Assembly: GCA_964641415.1 (NCBI GenBank)
Contig: CAZXMW010000006.1
Location: forward strand, 2,088 to 66,087
DNA from: an uncultured Thermoanaerobaculia bacterium
GTDB lineage: Bacteria > Acidobacteriota > Thermoanaerobaculia > Thermoanaerobaculales > Sulfomarinibacteraceae
Reading direction: 5' to 3'
Length of the DNA stretch: 64,000 nt
A model generated the notes under the pieces. The model did no database searches. It was not told the origin of the DNA and saw only the letters and a program-made list of their open reading frames with translations. Position 1 is the stretch's first letter. The number at the start of each line of letters is the position of its first letter. Shown one piece after another: positions 18,304-27,152 of the stretch. Position numbers and translations under genes: made by a program.

Positions 18304-19386
18304 TTATCGGCTGCGGTGCTCGGCGATGAGACGTCGGCAGCGCCAGCCGAGATACCAGACGAAGAACCAGAAGTGTCTGAACGCCGGGTTGCGGGTTTGG
18401 TGGTGGTGGTAGCGGACGTAGATCTGCTGGACGATGACCGCCAGTCGGAACAGACCGTAGACCTCGTAGAAGGACCAGTTGTCCGGCCGCGGTCGTCCGG
18501 ATCGCACGAAGTACGCATCCACGAGCTCGCGTCGTGTCAACATCCCGGGCAGGTGGGTCGGCTGGCGCCGGGTGGCGCGCGCGACCCGGTCGTCGTCGGC
18601 CTCGACCCAGTAGGCGAGGCTTGCGCCGAGGTCCATGAGCGGGTCGCCAATGGTCGCCATCTCCCAGTCGAGAACACCGCGGATGCGGTCGGGCGCCTCG
18701 GGGTCGAGCACCAGATTGTCGATGCGGAAGTCGCCGTGGATGACGCACGAGGCGACGTCTTCGGGGACGTGTTGGTCGAGCCAACAGCGGACGCCGGCGA
18801 GCCGGGGGGCGTTCCAGGTTCGGGCACGGATGTAGCGGTCGCACCAGCCTTCGATCTGGCGGCGGGCATACCCCGGGCCGCGGTTGAAGGCCGCGAGCGC
18901 TGTTCCCGACGGGTCGATGGCGTGGAGCCGGACCAGGGCGTCGGCGGCGTTGGCACAGAGTTTTTGGGCGATTGGAGGGTCCAGCCTGACGCTGTCCGGC
19001 ACCCGCCGTCGAAGGACGACGCCGGGAATCCGCCGCATGACGTAGAACTCGACGCCGAGCACCGCCTGGTCGGAGCAGTGTCCGACCATCTCGGGCACGA
19101 GGGGGTAGACCGGCTGCAGGGCGAGCTGAATGTCGTGCTCGCGTCCCATGTCGTGGGCCGACCTCGCTTTGGTACCCGCGGGTGGTCGGCGCAGCACCAG
19201 ATCGTGGTTCGGGTACCGCAGCCGGTAGGTCCAGTTGGATGCGCCGCCGACGTACTGGGTGACCTCCGGCGTGCGGCGCAGATCGGGGATCTTCTCGGTG
19301 AGCCAGGCGTGAACGGCGGCCACGTCGAGCTTTTCGCCCGGTCGAACCGGGCTCTCGCCGGTCAGCGGGTCCCGCGTCGAGGTCAC
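18304..19386 (-). CDS. phosphotransferase (aminoglycoside/choline kinase-like, APH family)
   Basis: GTG start in a GTGA overlap with the ACAD stop. Motifs VIHGDFRIDNLVL (Brenner HxDxxxxN) and VLDWEMATIGDPLMDL (DxD/E). Confidence 0.85.
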   Translation of the reverse strand: MTSTRDPLTGESPVRPGEKLDVAAVHAWLTEKIPDLRRTPEVTQYVGGASNWTYRLRYPNHDLVLRRPPAGTKARSAHDMGREHDIQLALQPVYPLVPEMVGHCSDQAVLGVEFYVMRRIPGVVLRRRVPDSVRLDPPIAQKLCANAADALVRLHAIDPSGTALAAFNRGPGYARRQIEGWCDRYIRARTWNAPRLAGVRCWLDQHVPEDVASCVIHGDFRIDNLVLDPEAPDRIRGVLDWEMATIGDPLMDLGASLAYWVEADDDRVARATRRQPTHLPGMLTRRELVDAYFVRSGRPRPDNWSFYEVYGLFRLAVIVQQIYVRYHHHQTRNPAFRHFWFFVWYLGWRCRRLIAEHRSR

Positions 19387-20591
19387 GTCCTGCGCTCGAG
19401 GCCGTAACCGCGGAGGATCCGCCGAGCGACGACCTGCTTGTGGACCTCGTCGGCGCCGTCGTAGATCCGGGCGGCGCGCTCGTGCGCCCACCACATGGCG
19501 ATCGGCGTGTCGTCGGTCATCCCGAGCCCGCCCAGAGTCTGGAGCGCGCGGTCGAGCACGCGCTGCAGAGTGCCCGCGACCGAGAATTTGATGAGCGAGA
19601 TGGCGTCGCGGGCGGCGTGCGGTCCCTCGTTCTCGATTCGCCAGGCGGCGTGCAGCACGAGCAGCCGTGCCGAGTCGATCTCGGCCCGGCTCTGGGCCAC
19701 CCACTCCTGGATCGTCTGCCTGGTGCCGAGGGGCCTGCCGGGCGCGAGCTCACGATCGACCGCGTGCCGGCACATGGTGTCGAAGGCCCGCTCCGAGACG
19801 CCGATCCAGCGCATGCAGTGGTGGATGCGACCCGGTCCGAGCCGGCTCTGGGCCAGGGCGAAGCCCATCCCCTCGCCGCCGAGGAGATTTTCGTTGGGGA
19901 CCCGGGCGCCGTGATAGGCGACCTCTCCGTGGCTCGCCCAGTCGCCGCCCCGGTGTCCCATCACCGACAAATTGCCGATGAGCTCGTAGCCCTCGGTGTC
20001 GGTGGGGACGAGGAACATGCTCGCCCGGCGGTATGGGTCGGCGTTGTCGGGGTCGGTGAGCGCCATGCAGACGGCGAAGGCGGCGCCGTCGGCGCCGGTG
20101 GCGAACCACTTGTGGCCGCGGATGACGTAGTCCGAGCCGTCGCGGGTCGCCGTGGTCCCCATCCACACCGGGTTCGAGCCGGCGAACTCGGGCTCGGTCA
20201 TGGTGAAGCAGCTTCGGATCTCACCGCGGACCAGCGGCGCGAGGAAGCGCTCCTTCTGCTCCGGCGTGCCGAACTCCATGAGCAGCTCCATGTTGCCGAC
20301 GTCGGGCGCCTGACAGTTGAAGACGTAGTGGCCGAGCGGGCTGCGCCCGAGCTCCTCGGAGAGGTGGGCGAACTCGGTGAGCGCCAGCCCGCCGCCGCCG
20401 TGCTCCTCTGGCACGTGGGCCGCCCACAGCCCAGTCGAACGGGCGAGCTCGCGGCAGCGGGCGAGTTCCGGCAGCAGCGAGCGAAAGCCCTCGGCGAGGA
20501 AGGCGGGCTCGAGGGGGTGAATCTCGCGGTCGACGAAGGTCCGGGCGTGCTCGACGAGAGCTGCGATCTTCGGTGGAATCGAGAAATCCAT
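19383..20591 (-). CDS. acyl-CoA dehydrogenase family protein
   Basis: MDFSIPPKIAALVEHARTFVDREIHPLE... through ...IYDGADEVHKQVVARRILRGY, typical ACAD N-, middle and C-domains. ATG 20591 was chosen inside ORF 19383..20726. Confidence 0.9.
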   Translation of the reverse strand: MDFSIPPKIAALVEHARTFVDREIHPLEPAFLAEGFRSLLPELARCRELARSTGLWAAHVPEEHGGGGLALTEFAHLSEELGRSPLGHYVFNCQAPDVGNMELLMEFGTPEQKERFLAPLVRGEIRSCFTMTEPEFAGSNPVWMGTTATRDGSDYVIRGHKWFATGADGAAFAVCMALTDPDNADPYRRASMFLVPTDTEGYELIGNLSVMGHRGGDWASHGEVAYHGARVPNENLLGGEGMGFALAQSRLGPGRIHHCMRWIGVSERAFDTMCRHAVDRELAPGRPLGTRQTIQEWVAQSRAEIDSARLLVLHAAWRIENEGPHAARDAISLIKFSVAGTLQRVLDRALQTLGGLGMTDDTPIAMWWAHERAARIYDGADEVHKQVVARRILRGYGLERRT

Positions 20592-20689
20592 GCCGGTGAT
20601 CATACCGGGTGGACAAAGCCATGACTGAATCTCAGTCGCTGTGATACATTGACGGCACATCGAACGAAACTCGACACAAGGGGGAGAAC

Positions 20690-21142
20690 ATGACCGCTGC
20701 GGAAGCCAAAGTCGGCGCGCCGGCACGCACGCCGGTGCATCTGTGGATCGTCGGTGTGCTGTCGCTGCTGTGGAATTTCATGGGGGTCTTCGACTACCTG
20801 GCGACCCAGCTGAAGGCCGAGTTCTATCTCAGTCAGTTCACACCCGAACAGCTCGCTTACTTCCAGAGCTTCCCCGCGTGGATGGTCGCCGGCTGGGCCC
20901 TCGGCGTCTGGGGAGCGTTCGCGGGTTCTATCGGCCTCCTGCTCCGCCAGCGTTGGGCGGTGTGGGCCTTCGCGGTGTCAATCGCCGGAATGGTGGTGAG
21001 TTCGATCTACAGCTTCGGCCTGTCCGACGGGGCCGAGGTGATGGGCAGCGGCGGCGTTGTCTTCACGGTCGTGATCTGGGTCGTCGCGATCCTGCTCCTG
21101 TTCTATGCCCGCACCCAGGCTCGAAACGGTGTGCTTCGTTAG
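20690..21142 (+). CDS. 4-TM membrane protein, unknown function
   Basis: GGGGGAG RBS. Four hydrophobic segments. The stop codon TAG is formed at the junction with MITE-A copy 2. Confidence 0.65.
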   Translation: MTAAEAKVGAPARTPVHLWIVGVLSLLWNFMGVFDYLATQLKAEFYLSQFTPEQLAYFQSFPAWMVAGWALGVWGAFAGSIGLLLRQRWAVWAFAVSIAGMVVSSIYSFGLSDGAEVMGSGGVVFTVVIWVVAILLLFYARTQARNGVLR

Positions 21143-21317
21143 TTCCCGTCCGGAAACGGCGTTTTTTGGCAATCTCAGCGTCAGATGACGAATTTCCTTG
21201 TGCGGCGTACAGAAGTACGCCTCCGCGTACATTCTGATCTTCCTTGACCTTGCACAAGAACCCCTCGTTTCCGAATCGAGAGCTGCGCAGTCCCCATCGG
21301 AATTTCCGGATGGGAAC
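21142..21317 (+). mobile_element. MITE-like element family A, copy 2 (176 bp)
   Basis: Same TIRs and length as copy 1. Flanking hexamers are TCGTTA / TCGTGA (5 of 6 identical). Confidence 0.8.
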
Positions 21318-21503
21318 TCGTGAGCCGTCGGCGGTTCGCGAGACTCGGATGGATCTGCCCGATCCGGGCCGGTGGTTTCGGCTCTCGAAACCGTCACACT
21401 CGACTCAACGAATCTGATCAGGACGGCTGGAATACCTGAGAAGCGGTGTTGGTTGGCGAGGGTGTCCAGGGTATGATAAGCCGACGATGATGGAGCGGGG
21501 GAC

Positions 21504-21875
21504 ATGGCACTGATTGACGTCACCGAAGACAATTTCGACGAGTTCGTTATCGGGGCTGGGATCGTCCTGCTCGACTGCTGGGCGCCGTGGTGCAAAGGGT
21601 GCAAGGACTTCGACCCGGTTTTTGAAGCAGCTGCTGAGCGCCATCCCGATCATACATTCGGTAAATTGAATACCGGCGAGCACAAAGAACTCACCAAACG
21701 CTTGAAGATTCAGCATATCCCGACGCTCATCGTGTTCCGTGACGGCATTCTGCTCATGCGCCAACCCGGCCATGCGCCCGCCGAAGCGCTCGACGAGATC
21801 GTGGAAAAAGCTTTCGAGCTCGACATGGATTACGTGCGGTCCGAGATGGAAAAGGAAGTGGCGGCTCAAGGATAA
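21504..21875 (+). CDS. thioredoxin-family protein with atypical WCKGC active site
   Basis: LLDCWAPWCKGCKDFDPVF and IPTLIVFRDG thioredoxin-fold blocks. Many A/T-ending codons compared with neighbouring genes. Confidence 0.85.
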   Translation: MALIDVTEDNFDEFVIGAGIVLLDCWAPWCKGCKDFDPVFEAAAERHPDHTFGKLNTGEHKELTKRLKIQHIPTLIVFRDGILLMRQPGHAPAEALDEIVEKAFELDMDYVRSEMEKEVAAQG

Positions 21876-21947
21876 GATCACGGGGTCCGCGGTTGCTTCT
21901 GGCGGCCGCATCATGAACAGATGAACAAAAACACGAAGGAGAGCAAC

Positions 21948-22130
21948 ATGGCCGATATCTACGAAGCCAACGTCGAGTTCAAGAAACAGCTGAGCGTCAA
22001 GTGGGTCAAGGGCGAGTCCGGTCGCACCTACCTGTGCCCCGTGGACGCGCTGAGCCGGTTCGACAACCCCACCGAGGATCAGCTCAAGACGATCTGCGTC
22101 GACGAGTCTGAGAATCCTCAGAACGACTGA
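21948..22130 (+). CDS. small two-Cys protein, unknown function
   Basis: AAGGAG lies 6 nt upstream of ATG 21948. Sequence: MADIYEANVEFKKQLSVKWVKGESGRTYLCPVDALSRFDNPTEDQLKTICVDESENPQND. Followed by tandem terminators. Confidence 0.6.
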   Translation: MADIYEANVEFKKQLSVKWVKGESGRTYLCPVDALSRFDNPTEDQLKTICVDESENPQND

Positions 22131-22137
22131 ACGCAAG

Positions 22138-22164
22138 CGGAGAGCACCGCTCTCCGAGCCTTTT
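22138..22164 (+). terminator. terminator-like hairpin 1
   Basis: CGGAGAGC-ACC-GCTCTCCG followed by AGCCTTTT. Confidence 0.55.
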
Positions 22165-22168
22165 CACA

Positions 22169-22200
22169 GCCGCCGGCCGCGCGAAGGCCGGCGGCTTTTT
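22169..22200 (+). terminator. strong rho-independent terminator
   Basis: GCCGCCGGCC-GCGCGAA-GGCCGGCGGC (perfect 10-bp stem) followed by TTTTT. It ends 13 nt before the peroxiredoxin ATG. Confidence 0.8.
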
Positions 22201-22213
22201 CAAAGGAGACGCC

Positions 22214-22807
22214 ATGACCAGTCTGGTCACCCGACCCGCACCCGACTTCACGGCAACGGCCGTGCTCGGTGACGACACCTTCGACGAGTCCTTCACCCTG
22301 TCGGCGTTGCGGGGCAAGTATGTCATCTTGTTCTTCTATCCCCTCGACTTCACCTTCGTGTGTCCGACCGAGATTCTCGCCTTCGACGAGGCGCTGGACG
22401 ACTTCCGCTCGCGTGGCGCCGAGATCGTCGGCGTGTCGGTGGACTCGCACTACAGCCACCTGGCGTGGAAGCACACCGCCGTGGACGACGGCGGAATCGG
22501 TCCGATCCGGTATCCGCTGGTGTCGGATCTGAAGAAGGAGATTTCGCGCAACTACGGCGTGCTTTTCAACGACGAGGTCGCCCTGCGCGGGCTGTTTCTC
22601 ATCGATCGCGAGGGCATTATTCGGCACGCGGTGATCAACGACCTCCCGCTCGGGCGGAACGTGTCCGAGGCCCTGCGGATGGTCGATGCGCTCCGATTCC
22701 ACGAGGAGAAGGGCGAGGTCTGTCCGGCCAATTGGAGCGAGGGCGAAGCGGGCATGGAGGAGAGCCACGACGGCGTCGTCGACTATCTGTCCAAGTTCTC
22801 GAAGTAG
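22214..22807 (+). CDS. typical 2-Cys peroxiredoxin (AhpC/Prx1 subfamily)
   Basis: Peroxidatic DFTFVCPTEI and resolving GEVCPANW motifs. AAGGAG RBS. Confidence 0.95.
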   Translation: MTSLVTRPAPDFTATAVLGDDTFDESFTLSALRGKYVILFFYPLDFTFVCPTEILAFDEALDDFRSRGAEIVGVSVDSHYSHLAWKHTAVDDGGIGPIRYPLVSDLKKEISRNYGVLFNDEVALRGLFLIDREGIIRHAVINDLPLGRNVSEALRMVDALRFHEEKGEVCPANWSEGEAGMEESHDGVVDYLSKFSK

Positions 22808-22816
22808 AGCGTTCCG

Positions 22817-23176
22817 TTACCTCCGCCACTCGACGGCCGGCACCAGCCGGCCGTTGCGCTCTTCGGACCAGACCATGGAGCCCTCGTCCGGAAACTCCAG
22901 GTGGTATTCGGAGTACCGGTCGCCGATCATGACCTCGAGCCGCGAGTTCATCCGAATCTCGTATGAGCCCCATTCGGTGCCGTCCCTGGTGATGATCCGT
23001 TCCTCAAATATGTACGGCTCGAAACCTTTACGGTCCATTTCGAAGAGGTACCACGTACCCTGGATTCGGATGCCGTGGTTGGACAGCGGCGCCAGACGGT
23101 CGCGCTGCTGCCAGAGGACGTAGCCGGCGCCGGCGATCATGCAAAAGATCATCAGTCGTTTGAGCAGTTTCTTCAT
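22817..23176 (-). CDS. membrane-anchored hypothetical protein
   Basis: MKKLLKRLMIFCMIAGAGYVLW signal/anchor, then a non-shadow, lower-GC coding sequence. Confidence 0.6.
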   Translation of the reverse strand: MKKLLKRLMIFCMIAGAGYVLWQQRDRLAPLSNHGIRIQGTWYLFEMDRKGFEPYIFEERIITRDGTEWGSYEIRMNSRLEVMIGDRYSEYHLEFPDEGSMVWSEERNGRLVPAVEWRR

Positions 23177-23192
23177 CTTCGTCGGGTTCAGA

Positions 23193-24068
23193 CTACAGCA
23201 CTCGGCGCTGGGCGAGCTCCTCCGTGGTCGCGTTCTCCACCTTGGCGACGCGGACCTTGAACACGATGTCCCGACCGGCGAGCGGGTGGTTGCCGTCGAG
23301 GCGACCGATGGTGTCGTCGAGGTGGATCACCCTGAGCGGAACCTGATTCCCCTGCTGATCCTGGCCGGCAAGCAGATCGCCGACCTTGGCATCCGGCGGC
23401 AGCTTGTCGCGCGGGTGCTCGAAGACCCGGGCGTCGTCGCGCTCGCCGAAGGCTTCTGCGCAGGCGAGCTCCACTGTGGCGGTGGCGCCCTCCTCGAGAC
23501 CGACAATCGCGGCCTCGAGCCCCGGCAGCAGCTGGCCGGCGCCGTGCAGGTAGTGCATGGGACCGGTTCGATCGGACGAGTCGAGCGCGCTGCCTTCCGC
23601 GTCTTCGAGGTCGTACTCGAGGGTCACGATTCGACCCACGCGGACATCGGCGACGCCCTCGATGGGCTCGCGCTCGGTGTGGTGTTGGCCGCCACAGCCG
23701 CCGCCACCGCCACTGCAGGTCTGGGCCTCGCCGAAGGCCCGGCAGCCGCCGTCGAGGTAGAGGCGGACCGCATCGCCGACCGAGTCCGCCGTCTCCTTGA
23801 AGTACACGTCGATCCCGACCTGCTGGAACCCCATGAGCGGACGCTGGCCCATGCCGCCGGCGACCAGGACCTCGACCCCGTGCTGCTTGAGGAGCTGGAC
23901 CGGCGCCATGCACCCGCCCTCGTCGTGCCCGCCGTTGACGACGATGGACACGTCGCCGATCTCGCCGTCGTCGACGGCGATGATGGTGAATGCACCGCAG
24001 TGACCGAAGTGCTCGGAAATGGCGGCTTCGAGACCGCCTGGATGATCGGATGGAACTGCAATCAGCAT
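23193..24068 (-). CDS. fusion protein: NifX/NifB-type (dinitrogenase FeMo-cofactor-binding-like) domain + SlyD-like FKBP peptidyl-prolyl isomerase
   Basis: N-terminal part MLIAVPSDHPGGLEAAISEHFGHCGAFTIIAVDDGE...VLVAGGMGQRPL is NifX_NifB-like. Linker CSGGGGGCGGQHH. C-terminal part GRIVTLEYDLEDAEGSALDSS...MHYLHGAGQLLPGLEAAIVGLEEG...LDGNHPLAGRDIVFKVRV is the SlyD pattern with an inserted flap domain. Confidence 0.8.
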   Translation of the reverse strand: MLIAVPSDHPGGLEAAISEHFGHCGAFTIIAVDDGEIGDVSIVVNGGHDEGGCMAPVQLLKQHGVEVLVAGGMGQRPLMGFQQVGIDVYFKETADSVGDAVRLYLDGGCRAFGEAQTCSGGGGGCGGQHHTEREPIEGVADVRVGRIVTLEYDLEDAEGSALDSSDRTGPMHYLHGAGQLLPGLEAAIVGLEEGATATVELACAEAFGERDDARVFEHPRDKLPPDAKVGDLLAGQDQQGNQVPLRVIHLDDTIGRLDGNHPLAGRDIVFKVRVAKVENATTEELAQRRVL

Positions 24069-24210
24069 CGAATCTCCCTTCACGACCCGTGATGGTAGCG
24101 CGGCCGTAGGGGAGTGTCGAGCCATGTCGCCCTCCAGCGCCAGGTCAACGATGCGACGACTTCACGACCTCGTGGTTGATCCCTGCGATGGATCTGCGGT
24201 GACCACGGCG

Positions 24211-25626
24211 TCAGTCGAGCCGGAGCACCTGAACGACGTTGGCGGCGTCCGAGAAGCCGAGCGGCAGCCCGGCAACGATCACGACGTGGTCACCCGGTTC
24301 GGCCAGGCGGTGGGTCAGCAGCTCGCGCCGCAGCGTCCGTCGGAGACCGGCAGGGTCGGTGGTGGACTCCACCGCGAAAGGGATCACGCCCCATGACAGG
24401 GTGAGCTGCCGCGCGACCTCCAACGACGTCGTGACGCCGAGCACCGGCATCGACGGGCGGTGGCGGGCGATCATGCGTGCGGTCCCACCCGATGAGGTGG
24501 TGGTGACGATGGCGGCGGCGCCGACCGCGGCGGCGAGGTCGCAGGCTGCCAGGCTCACCGCGTCGGTGACGTCGGGCCGGCCGTCGGCGGTCGCCGTCGC
24601 CAACCGGTCGTGGTCGAGCTCGGGCTCGACCTCCCGGGCGATCCGGTCGAGGATCCGCACCGCGCGGTCGGGAAAGCGGCCGATGGCGGTCTCCTCGGAC
24701 AGCATCAGCCCGTCGGTGCCGTCGAGGACCGCGTTGGCCACGTCCGAGGCTTCGGCGCGCAGGGGTCGTGGGCTGTCGACCATGGATCGCAGCATCTGGG
24801 TCGCAGTGATCACCGGTCTTCCGGCACGGCGCGCTGCGTTGATGATGCGCTTCTGGATCACCGGCACCTTTTCCGGCGGCATCTCGACGCCGAGGTCGCC
24901 GCGGGCCACCATCACCGCATCGACCACGGCGAGGATGGGCTCGATCCGTTCCACCGCCTGGGGCTTCTCGATCTTGGCGGTGACCATGGGAGGCCGTTCG
25001 AGCCCCGAGATCCGATCGGTCACCGGCCGGAGGTCGTCCTCGTGGCGGACGAAGGACAGGGCGACAAAATCGACGCCCTCCTCGAGTCCGACCTCGAGGT
25101 CCGCGAGATCCTTGTCGGTCACCGAGGGCACTCGGAGGCTGGCCTGGGGGAGGTTGACTCCCTTGCGCGAGGTCAGGAGGCCTCCGTTGATGACCCGGCA
25201 GACCAGTCGGTCGCGTCGGACCTCGACCACCTCGAGCTCGACGGCGCCATCGGCGAGCAGAATGGTCTCTCCGGCATCGACGTCATCGAGCAGAAAGCGG
25301 TAGTCGACCGGGAGTACGTCGACCGGGACGTCGCCCTCGGGAGCGAGCCCAACGGTTCCGCCGGTGTCGAGAAGGACCCCGGCTTCGGGCAGAACGCCGA
25401 GCCGGATCTTGGGGCCGCCGAGATCCTGGAGAATGCCGACCTGGCGAGGTGTGCGTTCGGCGACCTGCCGGATCCTCCGGATGGCCGACCGGTGGTCGTC
25501 TCGATCGCCGTGAGAGAAGTTGAGGCGCACGACATCCATGCCCGCGCTGATGAGGGCTTCGACCGCCTCGACCGAGTCGGTGGCCGGGCCGAGGGTGCAG
25601 ACGATTTTGGTTCTGCGGTGGGTCAT
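24211..25626 (-). CDS. pyk: pyruvate kinase
   Basis: MTHRRTKIVCTLGPAT, VVRLNFSHG, MVARGDLGVE and TQMLRSM blocks. Confidence 0.95.
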   Translation of the reverse strand: MTHRRTKIVCTLGPATDSVEAVEALISAGMDVVRLNFSHGDRDDHRSAIRRIRQVAERTPRQVGILQDLGGPKIRLGVLPEAGVLLDTGGTVGLAPEGDVPVDVLPVDYRFLLDDVDAGETILLADGAVELEVVEVRRDRLVCRVINGGLLTSRKGVNLPQASLRVPSVTDKDLADLEVGLEEGVDFVALSFVRHEDDLRPVTDRISGLERPPMVTAKIEKPQAVERIEPILAVVDAVMVARGDLGVEMPPEKVPVIQKRIINAARRAGRPVITATQMLRSMVDSPRPLRAEASDVANAVLDGTDGLMLSEETAIGRFPDRAVRILDRIAREVEPELDHDRLATATADGRPDVTDAVSLAACDLAAAVGAAAIVTTTSSGGTARMIARHRPSMPVLGVTTSLEVARQLTLSWGVIPFAVESTTDPAGLRRTLRRELLTHRLAEPGDHVVIVAGLPLGFSDAANVVQVLRLD

Positions 25627-25706
25627 GGCGGCATGATAGCGCGAGGGGGAGTGACGGCGGTGAACCCGGCTGGATTTCCTGGCGGCGGTTGGGTGTTCGC
25701 CATGAT

Positions 25707-26288
25707 ATGAACACAGCGATCGCGACTTCGGACGTCCTGAACAGAGTGGCCAGTTGGCTCAACCGGGCCCGGCTCAGCGCCGCGCCATGCCCGTGGCTCG
25801 GGGCGATCTCGATCTTCGTCGACGAGCGTTATGAGAACTACGACTACGATCTCATCGGTCCGCGGACCCGTCTCGCCATTGCGCGCGCGCTCGGGCGGCA
25901 CGACTACAGCCAGCGCACCGGCCGCGAGCTTGTCGGGCCCCTGGGGAGAATCGAGTTCCCGCGTCCGAACCGGACCCTGTCGAGCGATCCGGCAGCCGAG
26001 CTCGAGGCGGTGCTCGATCGGCGGAACGCCATCGCGTTCGCGACGCCGACACAGATCCTGCTGGCGACCTGGCGACGCGAGGGTCCGAACCTGTCCGACG
26101 AGCGCCAGGACGACCTCGTCGCGTTGGTTCGGGAGCAGCCGGCCAATCTGGACAAGATCACGGATTGGCTGCGCAGGACCGATCACGCCGACGCCTTCGC
26201 GCGGCTGAAGCCGCGTTTAGCCGAGGTGCAGGAGGAAGGGTTCCAGCTGCGCCGAGCCGGACGCTTCCGGTCGCGGCTGCCGCGCTGA
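25707..26288 (+). CDS. hypothetical protein
   Basis: 193-aa reading frame with ordinary composition. No family recognised by eye. The start (25689 or 25707) is uncertain. Confidence 0.5.
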   Translation: MNTAIATSDVLNRVASWLNRARLSAAPCPWLGAISIFVDERYENYDYDLIGPRTRLAIARALGRHDYSQRTGRELVGPLGRIEFPRPNRTLSSDPAAELEAVLDRRNAIAFATPTQILLATWRREGPNLSDERQDDLVALVREQPANLDKITDWLRRTDHADAFARLKPRLAEVQEEGFQLRRAGRFRSRLPR

Positions 26289-26359
26289 TCCGCCCGCCGT
26301 CCGGCGCGCGGGTCGGAATGTTCGAAGGCCTCGAAACGTCCATCCAGGAGGAGGTTTCA

Positions 26360-27022
26360 ATGGCAACAGTCTGCATCACCGGCGCCAATCGTGGGATCGG
26401 GCTCGAGCTCGCCCGTCAGTACCAGGACCGTGGCGACTCCGTGGTCGCCGCCTGCCGCCGCGCGTCCGACGAGCTCGGTGAGCTCGACGTCGAAATCGTC
26501 GACGGCGTCGACGTCACCGTCGACGTGGCGGTCGGACGGCTGGCCGATGCGCTCGGCGATCGCGGGCTCGACGTGCTCGTCAATAATGCCGGGCTTCTCA
26601 GCGACGAGTCCCTCGACAGCCTCGATTTCGACCGGATCCGAAAGCAGTTCGAGGTCAACAGCACGGGCCCGCTTCGCGTCACGGCAGCCCTGAAGTCGAA
26701 GCTTGGCCGCGGCTCCAAGGTCGCCATCGTGACCAGCCGTATGGGCTCCATCGAGGACAACAGCTCGGGTGGACGCTACGGGTATCGAATGTCCAAGGCC
26801 GCGGTCAACATGGCGGGACGCTCCCTCGCTCACGATCTGAAGCCCGACGGTGTTGCGGTGGCGATTCTACACCCTGGTTTCGTCCGCACCGATATGACGG
26901 GCCACTCCGGGATGATCGACCCACCAGAGTCGGCGGCCGGGCTGATCGCCCGCATCGACGAGCTGGACCTCGAGTCCTCGGGGAATTTCTGGCACGCCAA
27001 CGGCGATCTGCTGCCCTGGTGA
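26360..27022 (+). CDS. SDR family oxidoreductase (C-factor/CsgA-like short form)
   Basis: AGGAGGAGG RBS. Motifs ITGANRGIGLELA, NNAG, YRMSKAAVN (YxxxK). Confidence 0.9.
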   Translation: MATVCITGANRGIGLELARQYQDRGDSVVAACRRASDELGELDVEIVDGVDVTVDVAVGRLADALGDRGLDVLVNNAGLLSDESLDSLDFDRIRKQFEVNSTGPLRVTAALKSKLGRGSKVAIVTSRMGSIEDNSSGGRYGYRMSKAAVNMAGRSLAHDLKPDGVAVAILHPGFVRTDMTGHSGMIDPPESAAGLIARIDELDLESSGNFWHANGDLLPW

Positions 27023-27152
27023 GTCTGCTCATTTGAAAACGGCCTCCTGTCCCGCCCCTGGGGCCGGAAGGTCACGCGGCACAGGGCCGTGCCCGTGTAC
27101 GTTTACCGGAGCCGCGCCCATCAATCATCGGACACGACCGCGGTCGCGATCG

